IMG/VR virus record: IMGVR_UViG_3300030606_000035
Coordinates: 1-31,924 of that record
DNA length: 31,924 bases
Source of the DNA: a virus
Taxonomy: Duplodnaviria > Caudoviricetes
Reading direction: 5' to 3' (one strand)
The translations under genes and the position numbers were made by a program. Below, piece after piece: positions 23,153 through 31,924 of this stretch (its first letter is position 1; each line of letters starts with the position of its first letter). The notes under the pieces were generated by a model that was not told the DNA's origin, ran no database searches, and was given only the letters and a program-made list of their open reading frames with translations.

Positions 23153-24394
23153 ATGGCACTCGTTACCACCGCAAACCGAACACTCTACAGCGCCGCACTT
23201 CGCGAGGTCTACACCCCGAAGATGTGGAAGCTGCAAAACCGCGACCGCATCCTGCTTCAGAAGTTCAACAAGAACACCGAGGCGTGGGCGGAAGGCAACC
23301 AGATCAACATCCCGCTGCACACGGCGGGGTCCGGCGGCGTCGGCTACAGTTCTGCCGGAACCCTCCCGACTCCCAACCAGCAACTCACCGCGCGGGCGAC
23401 GACGAACTACAAGCGCCTCTATGCGCGCTTCCGGATCGACGGCGCACTGCTGAAGTCGACGCGCACCGGCTATGCGGCGGAGATGCGAGCGCTCGACTTC
23501 GAGGCGAAGAACCTCATCGAGGACGTCGCCGACGCCCTCGCCTACGACATCTGGCAGGATGGCTCCGGGCAGGTTTCGGGGGCGCCGACCTCTCCCGGCG
23601 GGACACCGTCGGAAACGGCGTTCAGCGTTCCCAAGGCCAACTGCGGCATCAAGCGGAACATGATTATCGACGTGGTCACGACGGCCGGCGGCGTGATCAG
23701 CACCGAGGGCGTCCTCAAGGCGCTCGTTGTCTCGGTGGTCACTGACCCGAACGATGCCACGCGCAACCTCGTCACGCTTGATGCGGCCACTCCGCTGATC
23801 GGCGATTTCGATATCAGCTCCGGGTACGGCATCTATCGCCAGGGGTCGTACGACGATGCGATCTCCGGCATGAGCAACATCGTATCGGCAAGCGGCACGT
23901 ACCTTGGGATCGATCGAAACGTTGCCGCCAACAACTTTTGGAAGGCGCAAGTGCTTTCCAACGGCGGCACGCTGCGTCCGCTCAAGCTCGATCTGATGCA
24001 GGAGATGGTGGACACCATCGAACAGAATTCGCCGGGCACCACGAGGCTGATCGTGACGAACCACGCGCTCTGGCGCGATCTCGCCGGCCAACTCGTCGCG
24101 GACAAGCGCTACAACGGCAACACCATGAAGCTCAATGGATGGTGCGAGGCGCTGGACTTCCGCGGCATCCCGGTGGTGCGCGACAAGTACGCCCTGGCGA
24201 ACAAGATGTGGTTTCTCGACACCGAAACATGGACGATCTACCACGACTCCGAGGGCGGCTTCATCGACGAAGACGGCCAGATTCTCAAGCAGGTCGCCGA
24301 CAGCGACCGGTTCGAGGCCGGGTGGCGTCGGTACCTCCAGATCGTCAGCGGCGATCCGGCGTCGAACGGCTTGCTCTCCGACCTCCAGCAGTAG
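23153..24394 (+). CDS. Major capsid protein (podovirus-type HK97 fold)
   Basis: AALREVYTP...EGNQINIPL, IWQDGSG, YLGIDR...FWKA, FRGIPVVRD patterns; 413 aa; follows the scaffold gene. Confidence 0.88.
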   Translation: MALVTTANRTLYSAALREVYTPKMWKLQNRDRILLQKFNKNTEAWAEGNQINIPLHTAGSGGVGYSSAGTLPTPNQQLTARATTNYKRLYARFRIDGALLKSTRTGYAAEMRALDFEAKNLIEDVADALAYDIWQDGSGQVSGAPTSPGGTPSETAFSVPKANCGIKRNMIIDVVTTAGGVISTEGVLKALVVSVVTDPNDATRNLVTLDAATPLIGDFDISSGYGIYRQGSYDDAISGMSNIVSASGTYLGIDRNVAANNFWKAQVLSNGGTLRPLKLDLMQEMVDTIEQNSPGTTRLIVTNHALWRDLAGQLVADKRYNGNTMKLNGWCEALDFRGIPVVRDKYALANKMWFLDTETWTIYHDSEGGFIDEDGQILKQVADSDRFEAGWRRYLQIVSGDPASNGLLSDLQQ

Positions 24395-24541
24395 TCGCCA
24401 GGCCATCGTGCCTCCTAACGGGACGCGCTCGGGGCCGTCGTGAGTAAGGACGCGGCGGTCCCGGCGCGGCTTTTCCAAGCAAACCAAACTCCTAAGTATC
24501 CGGCGTTCGCCGGGGTCAACTATGAACCGGGAGAGAAGCAA

Positions 24542-25114
24542 ATGATTCGCGATAAGAACATCGAGTGGAAGCGTGAGAGTCTATTCATTCACGCAGAGCA
24601 ATTCGTCGCCGTGACAGCGACTGCGGCACACCAGACCGTCGGCGCCGGCGCTCCGCCGCTCGCCGAAGTGAGCACGTTCGGATACGCCGGCCTGCTCATG
24701 GAATCAGCCGACGACGAGGGCGGTTACGCGATGATGGTTCCCAAGCATTGGGATCCAGCCGAGCCGCTCGGGTTCACCGTGTGGTGGACTTCAGGATCGG
24801 CCACGACCGACGATTCTGTGACGTGGCTGGCGCTCGCCAAGTTCTTCGCCGAGGGCGCGACGCTCAGTGCGCCTGCGGCACTGGACACGGTCATCGTCGC
24901 CGACGATGTGACCGGCGCGTACGACATCCAGAAGAGCTCGCGCGGTATCAAGAACGCCAACTGGCTCACGCACGCCCAGCTCGACGCCGGCGCATTCATG
25001 GCCGTCAACGTCGAAATGGCGGCATTCGACGTCGGTCTCGACGAGGCCAAGCTGTTCCTCGGCCTTGAGATCGACTACATGCCGCGGCGCTGCGAGCCGG
25101 ACTACAGCTCGTAA
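24542..25114 (+). CDS. Virion structural protein (capsid decoration-like)
   Basis: Same GGAGA..AAGCA.ATG leader style as the capsid gene; beta-rich; 190 aa. Confidence 0.65.
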   Translation: MIRDKNIEWKRESLFIHAEQFVAVTATAAHQTVGAGAPPLAEVSTFGYAGLLMESADDEGGYAMMVPKHWDPAEPLGFTVWWTSGSATTDDSVTWLALAKFFAEGATLSAPAALDTVIVADDVTGAYDIQKSSRGIKNANWLTHAQLDAGAFMAVNVEMAAFDVGLDEAKLFLGLEIDYMPRRCEPDYSS

Positions 25115-25123
25115 AGACGGCCC

Positions 25124-25813
25124 ATGAACCTCGGAGAGATTCGCCAGCGCGTGCTGGATAACTTGGGGGATGACGGTCAGGCATGGGCTCCGCCCGGCGA
25201 GGCGGAGCCCTATGCCCGTCTGGACCGTCTCATCAACGACACGATCGACGAGCTGTCGGTGCTCATCGAGCGCGTCGATCCGACGTTCTCGGTGAAGAAT
25301 GCCATGCTCACCCTCGCCGATGAGGCCGGCGTGGATACTGGGATCGGGTTTAAGTCCACCGCTTCTCTTCCGGTGGATTTCCGGCGGGTGGTCTCTCTCT
25401 GGGAGCATGCCATCGGGATCGATCCGCAGCAGGTGAACATCGTCGCGCCGGATCGAATTCCGTACTACTTCGGCAACGGCGAGTCGATCGCTTATTTGCG
25501 ACAGGTGGAAACCGACGCAGACCCCAATCTTATCGAGACGGCGTCGAACGAGATCATTTTCCAACAGCGACGCGCCGGGGCGCTCTACTACACGCTCTGG
25601 TACGCCGCACGCCCGAAGTCCATGACCAAGCAGGCCGACGTTCCGACCATCCCGTTGGAGTTCCACTACGCGATCGTACTGGGCTCGACGGTGCGGGCGC
25701 TGGCGCAAGAGGACTCGGACACGCGGGACTTCCGCAAGTCCTACGAAACGGCCAAGGTCGAAATGCTCGCCGCACTGCCGCGGCGCGACGGATCGCAAAT
25801 GGCGGTCGCATGA
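25124..25813 (+). CDS. Head-tail adaptor protein 1
   Basis: MNLGEIRQRV...LINDT...LPVDFRRV...YAARP...PTIPLEFHYAIV adaptor pattern. Confidence 0.75.
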   Translation: MNLGEIRQRVLDNLGDDGQAWAPPGEAEPYARLDRLINDTIDELSVLIERVDPTFSVKNAMLTLADEAGVDTGIGFKSTASLPVDFRRVVSLWEHAIGIDPQQVNIVAPDRIPYYFGNGESIAYLRQVETDADPNLIETASNEIIFQQRRAGALYYTLWYAARPKSMTKQADVPTIPLEFHYAIVLGSTVRALAQEDSDTRDFRKSYETAKVEMLAALPRRDGSQMAVA

Positions 25814-26505
25814 ACCTCCAAGAGATTCGCATCTTAGCGCTCGAGAACTGCGGCCGGGAGATTCCGCCCGGCATCGCGAGCACGCGCGTCGATCGGCTCG
25901 TGAACCGCGCCGTCGAGCACGTCACCAACATCGTGGAGGGGACGGCCAAGCTGTACAACATGGCCCCGTCGCCGATCGCGGTGAGCGTCGTTTCCGGCAC
26001 GGAGAAGTACCTGCTCGGCGCAAGCGGGGTCATCCGCAAAATCCTCTACGTCGATCGGGTGCCGGCCGTGGGCCGTCCGCAGGAAGTGCGGATCATCCCG
26101 TTTCAGCACAAGAACCAGTACAGCGGCACGACTTCGTTCCAGGACACGTACCGGCAATGCGGCAACATGGGGGCTGGCACGTTCGTCTACATCGTCCGCG
26201 AGCGCGACGGCGAGTGGTATCTGGGGTTCCCGCCGGAGACGGCGTCGGCGATGACGCTGAACGTGTACTACTCGCCCCCGATCACGCCACTGGCAACCGG
26301 CATCAACGTTCCGACGGAAGTGCCGGAGCACCATCACGAACTGATCGCCGTGCGGACAACGATCATGCTGCTCGATCAGCACAGCAAATCGCCGGCGCGG
26401 TGGGATCGCCACTACGCCGAACTCCGGGCCATGCTCGAAGGGGACCTCGAAAGCTGGAACCGGACCGGCTCGCGCGTCCGCCAACTGCACGTGTCACGAC
26501 GATGA
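25810..26505 (+). CDS. Head-tail adaptor protein 2 (paralogue)
   Basis: MNLQEIRILA...LVNRA...YYSPP...EVPEHHHELI; same motif order as the previous gene. Confidence 0.75.
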   Translation: MNLQEIRILALENCGREIPPGIASTRVDRLVNRAVEHVTNIVEGTAKLYNMAPSPIAVSVVSGTEKYLLGASGVIRKILYVDRVPAVGRPQEVRIIPFQHKNQYSGTTSFQDTYRQCGNMGAGTFVYIVRERDGEWYLGFPPETASAMTLNVYYSPPITPLATGINVPTEVPEHHHELIAVRTTIMLLDQHSKSPARWDRHYAELRAMLEGDLESWNRTGSRVRQLHVSRR

Positions 26506-26822
26506 TCGAAACTCTGTTTCTGTTGCTCTGCTGCCACGCAGTGGCCGACTACCCGCTCCAGGGCGACTTTCTCGCCAAAGGAAAGAACCACCGTTTCCCG
26601 CTTCCGGGCATTCCTTGGGCTCAGTGCTTGCTAGCACACGCGATGATACACGGCGGCGCAGTGGCGATCGTAAGCGGGTCTGTGATTCTTGGATTTGCAG
26701 AAGCAGTGGCGCATGCCGTCATCGACTACGGAAAGTCGGACGGCTGGTACGGATTCAATACCGACCAAGGATTGCATATCGCCTGCAAAGTTGCGTGGGC
26801 GACCTTCGCTTTCTTGGCTTGA
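26502..26822 (+). CDS. DUF3307-like membrane protein
   Basis: HAVADYPLQ...LAHAMIH...HAVIDYGK...DQGLH signature. Confidence 0.8.
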   Translation: MIETLFLLLCCHAVADYPLQGDFLAKGKNHRFPLPGIPWAQCLLAHAMIHGGAVAIVSGSVILGFAEAVAHAVIDYGKSDGWYGFNTDQGLHIACKVAWATFAFLA

Positions 26823-26823
26823 A

Positions 26824-28890
26824 ATGCCCCGCACACTCGAAAACCTTCTGACCGTCCGCGCCCCGTGGCTGGGGGTTAACCAGCGCATGGCCGACGAAGA
26901 GCTTCCGCCGAACCGTCCGAGTTCGATGCGGAACATGTGGATTCACCGGCATCGGCTGGAGGCGCGGCCGGGCTACTCGAAGGTCGTGCCGGCGGCGCTG
27001 CCCGACATCCAGGGTGGCCCCTCTCAGTTCGATGACAACACGCCGCTTCCTTGGCAAATCAAGCAAGTGCTCGTGGGGGAACGCGATGACCCACGAGCAA
27101 CCATCTTCGCTGTCGTAGGCGAATACAACCTCTGGCCCGACCTCCTGTACCTCAAAGGCAACGGGCAATGGGGTGCGATCGGATTTCCGATCGGTGCGCC
27201 GATGGTCAGCCGCGGCAGTTTCGTGCAATTCTATCCGTGGATTTTTGCGCTGTTCCCGGACTCGTTTCCCAACCTCGTCGGCAACATCTCCAACCCCAAC
27301 TCCATCGCACTCGCCGGGCTCCGAACGGCCGGAATGGACACGCTTGTTGGCGCGACCGTGGCCGCCATAGAACCGAGCCCGTCTCTGCCGACCGGCTCCC
27401 GTTTTCCGCGCGGCGTCTACAGTTTTGCACTGAGCGCGTATAGGTCAGACGAGGGGCTTGAATCCAACGGCACAACGGTCGGCACAACGGTCGATACAAG
27501 CGCCGCGTCGAGCAACCTCGCGATCAGGTTCACCTTCCAGCAGGCGACCTTCGTACCGGCGACACACATTCGGATTTACATGAAGATCGAGAGCCTAGTC
27601 GCGGACGAGAATGGCGAGTTTGCCGGCGGCGAAGAAGCGTACCGATTGGTCGGAGAGCTTCCGATCTCGCGGATCGAGGGGAGTGGAACTCAGGCACGAA
27701 CGCTTACGATCGACGGGCTCGATGTCTCATTCGGCCTGCCGGCGCAACCACAACCAGCCTTCAGCGTTCGAGGCATCGGTCCGTTCATGCCAACGGCCAA
27801 CGGAAAGCCGCCCCGCTCGCGATACGCGCTTCCGTACGAGAACAAGATGCTGTGGTTCTCCGCCGAGGAAGACACGGGTGGTCTGATCTTCCCCTCGCAG
27901 GACGGATTCCCCGAGTACGTTCACCCCGACGACTTCATTGAACTGCCCGACGCGATCCGCGGCGACGTCACCGGGGCGATCGTCTACCAGGGCCGGGCCG
28001 TCATCTTGACGGACCGCAGCATCTTCGTGCTCGCGGGGACGATCGAACTGCTCAGCAACGACGAGCGGGCGCTTGGCGTGGCGGCGCCCTTTCCGTCGTT
28101 CAGCGTGTTCCGCGCCGACAGCGACGTCGGCTGCATCAACACCTTGGGCGGCAACGGCGTCATCGAGATCGAGGGCACGCTCTACTTCAACGGACAGAAC
28201 GGCATCTACATGTTCGACGGCGTCAAGTCCGTCAAGATCAGCGACGCGATCGACGAACTGTGGGCCTCGCTCAGCGACACGGCGCGGAGGTCCTGCACGA
28301 TGGCGCACGACCGCCGCAACAGCCAACTCGTGATCTGCTACGGCGGTCCCGGCGCGGCCGGCGATCCCGTGATCGTCCGCTACGACTACCGAGCCAGGGA
28401 GTGGTGCATCGACGACGTGCCCAAGGCGACGTGCGTTGCCGACTGGATCGACGCCGAGCCCTACTACGACGGTCTCGACAAGTCGCCGCAACGCCTCTTC
28501 CTGATCGGCACGTCGGACGAAGACGGACTGATCGGGTTCGTCGATGAACGCGCCGATGACGACCACGACCAGCCCATCGCATTCGAGTGGGAGAGCGGGG
28601 ACTTGGACTTCGGCCTTCCGTCGCGCGAGAAGCGGCTGCACTACCTCACGATCGACACTGATTCCGCGACTCCGCACCTGAGAACGGACGTCACGATCGA
28701 GCACGCCGACGGCCGCCGCAACGCGAAGTCGTACCAGGTCGAGAACACGACGAAGGCGATCCACAAGCACCGCTTGGACTCCAGGGGGACGCGGATGCGG
28801 ATCAAGATCGCCGGCGAGCGCAGCAGCGCTCGCGGAGAGCAGCGAATCAACGGCTTTGCCATCGACGGCAACCCCATCGGTCGCCGGTAG
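26824..28890 (+). CDS. Tail nozzle / stabilisation protein (P22 gp10 / T7 gp12-like)
   Basis: 688 aa, beta-propeller-like; LEARPGY, DVGCI, LYFNGQNGIYMFDG...KISDAI, WESGDLDFG. Confidence 0.78.
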   Translation: MPRTLENLLTVRAPWLGVNQRMADEELPPNRPSSMRNMWIHRHRLEARPGYSKVVPAALPDIQGGPSQFDDNTPLPWQIKQVLVGERDDPRATIFAVVGEYNLWPDLLYLKGNGQWGAIGFPIGAPMVSRGSFVQFYPWIFALFPDSFPNLVGNISNPNSIALAGLRTAGMDTLVGATVAAIEPSPSLPTGSRFPRGVYSFALSAYRSDEGLESNGTTVGTTVDTSAASSNLAIRFTFQQATFVPATHIRIYMKIESLVADENGEFAGGEEAYRLVGELPISRIEGSGTQARTLTIDGLDVSFGLPAQPQPAFSVRGIGPFMPTANGKPPRSRYALPYENKMLWFSAEEDTGGLIFPSQDGFPEYVHPDDFIELPDAIRGDVTGAIVYQGRAVILTDRSIFVLAGTIELLSNDERALGVAAPFPSFSVFRADSDVGCINTLGGNGVIEIEGTLYFNGQNGIYMFDGVKSVKISDAIDELWASLSDTARRSCTMAHDRRNSQLVICYGGPGAAGDPVIVRYDYRAREWCIDDVPKATCVADWIDAEPYYDGLDKSPQRLFLIGTSDEDGLIGFVDERADDDHDQPIAFEWESGDLDFGLPSREKRLHYLTIDTDSATPHLRTDVTIEHADGRRNAKSYQVENTTKAIHKHRLDSRGTRMRIKIAGERSSARGEQRINGFAIDGNPIGRR

Positions 28891-28928
28891 CACCATTACC
28901 ACAACCAATTTTTCGGAGGAAAGAAGCG

Positions 28929-29411
28929 ATGCAACGCGTCGAATTTATGCTCGTGCGCTCGCGCACCCCGAAGAGCAACCCCGAGACGCTCTTCCAGCTC
29001 GTAGCAGCAGCGAACCACCGCGTAACCATCCTCGGGGCGGACATCAGTCTGCAAGGCAACACGCCGGCGAACGCGCCGGTTGTTTTCCAATGGTTCATTC
29101 AGACGGACGCCGGTGTGTTCGGGACAGACCCGACCACACTGACCCCGCAAAAGAATGACCGCGGCTACGACGAAGCGATCCAAACCACGTTCAACGCGTA
29201 CGACGGCGAAAGCGGCGGCCCGCCTGCCACGCCTGACGCGACGGAGCCGACGGGCACCACGAAGATCGCCGAGTTCTCCATCCACGAGCAGGGCATCTTC
29301 CCGTGGACGCCGCGGTTCTCGTTCGTCGTGAAGGGCGGCGAGCGCGTCGGATTCAAGTACGCGCGAGCCACCTTCGTTCCTGTCAGTGTAACCCTGTACT
29401 GCACGGAGTAA
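28929..29411 (+). CDS. Putative virion protein, paralogue A
   Basis: GGAGGA RBS; shares ILGADI.LQG, LTPQKNDRG and GGERVG with the next gene. Confidence 0.8.
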   Translation: MQRVEFMLVRSRTPKSNPETLFQLVAAANHRVTILGADISLQGNTPANAPVVFQWFIQTDAGVFGTDPTTLTPQKNDRGYDEAIQTTFNAYDGESGGPPATPDATEPTGTTKIAEFSIHEQGIFPWTPRFSFVVKGGERVGFKYARATFVPVSVTLYCTE

Positions 29412-29418
29412 CGCGGCC

Positions 29419-29847
29419 ATGCTATTCACGGGAACCAATCAGCACGTACCGAATGCGTCGCCGCGCACGCTGTGTCAAATCCACGCACCGCAGGACGAGC
29501 AGGTCAAGATTCTTGGCGCGGACATCACGCTCCAGGGTTCTCAGCCCGCTTCGACGCCGATCCTGCTTCAGTGGGTGACGCAGGCGACCGCGGGAAACGC
29601 GACATCGCTCACTCCGCAGAAGAACGACCGCGGTTCGACAGAGGCCGTCAAGTCGAAACTCTTCAAGGAGTTCACGGCTGAGCCCACGACAGGCGTTGTC
29701 CTATGGCAAGGCTACCTGCATCAGCAGGGAAGCTGGCCGTGGGTTCCGCGATTCAAAGTCCTCGTCAACGGCGGGGAGCGCGTGGGGCTCGTATGGAACA
29801 GCGGCACGTTCGTGCCGGTCTCGTTCACGATCTATTTTGAGGAGTAG
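29419..29847 (+). CDS. Putative virion protein, paralogue B
   Basis: GGAG RBS; shares the same motifs with the previous gene. Confidence 0.8.
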   Translation: MLFTGTNQHVPNASPRTLCQIHAPQDEQVKILGADITLQGSQPASTPILLQWVTQATAGNATSLTPQKNDRGSTEAVKSKLFKEFTAEPTTGVVLWQGYLHQQGSWPWVPRFKVLVNGGERVGLVWNSGTFVPVSFTIYFEE

Positions 29848-29853
29848 GCCGAC

Positions 29854-30102
29854 GTGTACGCCGGCGAACTGCTTACGGCTCCGAGTTACATCGGCTTCCA
29901 GCCGATCGCCGCCGCGACTCCTCCGAGCGTCGTGGCCGGCGGTCCGTTGACCACCGAAGACCCCGACTTCGTCATTGAGTCGGTCTTTATCCGCGCCGTG
30001 CCGATGTCGGTGGAATCGGCGGCGCCGGCAACGGCCGTCGGCGGCCCGCCGCTGGTGGACGCGAACCCGGTTTCTCTGCCGCCGCAGGTGCTGGTATGGT
30101 AG
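29854..30102 (+). CDS. Small Pro/Ala-rich protein
   Basis: GAGGAG RBS; 82 aa; overlaps the fibre start. Confidence 0.55.
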   Translation: MYAGELLTAPSYIGFQPIAAATPPSVVAGGPLTTEDPDFVIESVFIRAVPMSVESAAPATAVGGPPLVDANPVSLPPQVLVW

Positions 30103-31924
30103 CCGGCGGTGCTCACACTTCACCTCCATTTTCGGCCGGCAACGCCCAGCTCGACCTCATGCTGCGCGAGTTGTACGCGCGAAGCTCGGCCGGCGGTGGG
30201 GGGGCAACTGGTCGCGGTCCGCGCGGCACGCCGGGTCCGCAAGGGCCTGCCGGCCTCGCCGGAGCCGACGGTGCGCAACTCGAGCAATTCACCGTTGACG
30301 CCAGCACCATCGGGCTCGGCTATCTCGGCCCCGGAGCCCCCGACCTCTCATCCGTCATTCCCAACACGCCGATCCTCGTCCTTGACGACGGCGGCATTTC
30401 CACTGAACCGGGTCGATCCGTCTACACCGTAGCGCCCGCAACGGGCGAGACGGCCGGGACGCTGGTTCAACTCCACAACGATCACAACCTGGAGTCGCTG
30501 ATTCTGGTCGGCGGCGAGAGCGACCGGCTCGTCACGATCCAAGACGACTCCGTTCTTGACGACGACGTGCCGGACACGCTGCTCGTGGCCGGCGGAGACC
30601 TCGTTCTGCGCGAAGGCGTCGTCGTCGCTTTCCGCTACTGGCCCGAGGGGACGCGGTGGATCGAAACCGCCCGGATTGATCCGTACGCATTGCCGGAGAT
30701 CGAATCGGAGACTCGGTACGCGCGGATCGATCACTCCCATCCGGGAACAGCGACGGTGCCGGTTCCGTTGTCCGACTTGGAGAGTATCAGCGCACAACGC
30801 CTTCTCGGCCGCGTGGACGTGGCCGGCGGGGCGAGCGGAGTCATCGAGCAGGTCCAGGTCGGAACGACATCGACGATTGCGCCGGCTTGGAGCGATGCGG
30901 GTGACTTCCTTGACTTCCGCGTCCGCGACGACGCCATCCTGAATCAGCACCTGGCCAACATGGTTCAGTCGCGGATCAAGGGCCGGGCCAGTGGGGCGGG
31001 CACCGGCGACCCAGCCGATCTCACGGCGGATCAGGCGATTGCGATCCTCAATGAGGCGACCACGCAACTCGATCTCGGCAGTGGCGGCACGCAGGCGGAC
31101 CTTTCGGCGACGGGACCGGGTTTCTTGCAGCAAGCTTCACTGGGGGCCGCAGTGACGGTCGGCGCTCTTGCGGTGGGCGACCTACCGGCCCATGCCTCGA
31201 CACACGAAACCGGCGGATCGGACCCGATCACGTCGCTGGCCGCTACTGTACTGACTTCCGGGCTGGTGCCTTTGGCACGGTTGCAGGAGGTGCTCGCACT
31301 CGCCGACCTTTCCGACGTGAGCGGTACGACCGGCGGCGGCTCCACTGTGGTCAAGTCGACGAACCCAACGCTCGCCGGGTTTAGACTTACCGGAGAGGTC
31401 AACCTTGGGAGCGGAGTCAGCAGTCGCGCCTTCAATTTTGACTCCAGCATCACGGCGCTCAACTTCATCCGGGACGCTTCGGCCGTCAACTATTTCGAGT
31501 TGATCCATGCGGCGACCGGTGCTCGACCCGTGCTGGGAGCCGCCGGCGCAGATACCGACGTTGCACCCCGGTTTGTCGTGAAGGGCACTACGCTCCAAGC
31601 GGATATCACTGGCGGCAAAGCTCCAGGTGATATCCTGACCACGGGTTCGCTTGCGACGGACATTCCAACGCACGGCGACGAGCACGCGGCCGGCGGATCG
31701 GACCCGCTACAGGTGTCAGCTACGGACAGGCTGCTCGGGCGCGTATCGGCGAGCGCCGGCAGCGTTGAAGAAATCCCGATCACGGACTTCGTGCAGTCCA
31801 TCCTTGATGATCCTGACGCCGCTACGGTTCGTTCGACGCTCGGGCTTGGGGCACTGGCGGTTCTCAATTCTCTGGACGCCGGCGCCGTCACCTACACGCC
31901 GGCGGTCCTGACCGATTGGGACGC
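30096..31924 (+). CDS. Tail fibre / receptor-binding protein (3'-truncated by window edge)
   Basis: Missing from the ORF track because it has no stop. The frame is open from ATG 30096 to the end, with 7 collagen G-X-Y triplets, two HxxxHxxGGSDP motifs, two RLLGRV motifs and RSTLGLGALA. Confidence 0.85.
   Translation, partial: MVAGGAHTSPPFSAGNAQLDLMLRELYARSSAGGGGATGRGPRGTPGPQGPAGLAGADGAQLEQFTVDASTIGLGYLGPGAPDLSSVIPNTPILVLDDGGISTEPGRSVYTVAPATGETAGTLVQLHNDHNLESLILVGGESDRLVTIQDDSVLDDDVPDTLLVAGGDLVLREGVVVAFRYWPEGTRWIETARIDPYALPEIESETRYARIDHSHPGTATVPVPLSDLESISAQRLLGRVDVAGGASGVIEQVQVGTTSTIAPAWSDAGDFLDFRVRDDAILNQHLANMVQSRIKGRASGAGTGDPADLTADQAIAILNEATTQLDLGSGGTQADLSATGPGFLQQASLGAAVTVGALAVGDLPAHASTHETGGSDPITSLAATVLTSGLVPLARLQEVLALADLSDVSGTTGGGSTVVKSTNPTLAGFRLTGEVNLGSGVSSRAFNFDSSITALNFIRDASAVNYFELIHAATGARPVLGAAGADTDVAPRFVVKGTTLQADITGGKAPGDILTTGSLATDIPTHGDEHAAGGSDPLQVSATDRLLGRVSASAGSVEEIPITDFVQSILDDPDAATVRSTLGLGALAVLNSLDAGAVTYTPAVLTDWD

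Overview
The window is a large part of a GC-rich temperate tailed phage genome, cut inside the integrase on the left and inside a tail-fibre gene on the right. A Planctomycetota/Phycisphaerae host is inferred from the integrase and excisionase style and a CsrA paralogue, but is not proven. From left to right it holds: a tyrosine integrase (+); an attP carrying the 3' half of tRNA-Phe with phage DNA on both sides; a minus-strand arm of small accessory genes, including an excisionase-like HTH and three cassette-like genes with repeated leaders; a ~1 kb ORF-poor structured region; a minus-strand replication operon (initiator with iterons, NrdR-like Zn ribbon, CsrA, DnaB, DNA methyltransferase) behind a ~450-nt leader with two terminators; and a plus-strand podovirus-like morphogenesis operon (intein-containing TerL, portal, scaffold, capsid, two adaptors, nozzle, fibre). 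The most unusual observations are: (1) a TerL nuclease domain whose segments appear internally permuted around an intein-bearing block; (2) a candidate large multi-branched ncRNA at ~7500-7945; (3) three terminators whose loops pair with upstream RNA, with no recognisable CI repressor in the window; (4) three exactly 29-bp CGTAA-N19-TTACG boxes flanking attP and the early promoter; (5) a repeat-delimited cassette array. All calls come from reading motifs by eye; no database search or folding program was run.
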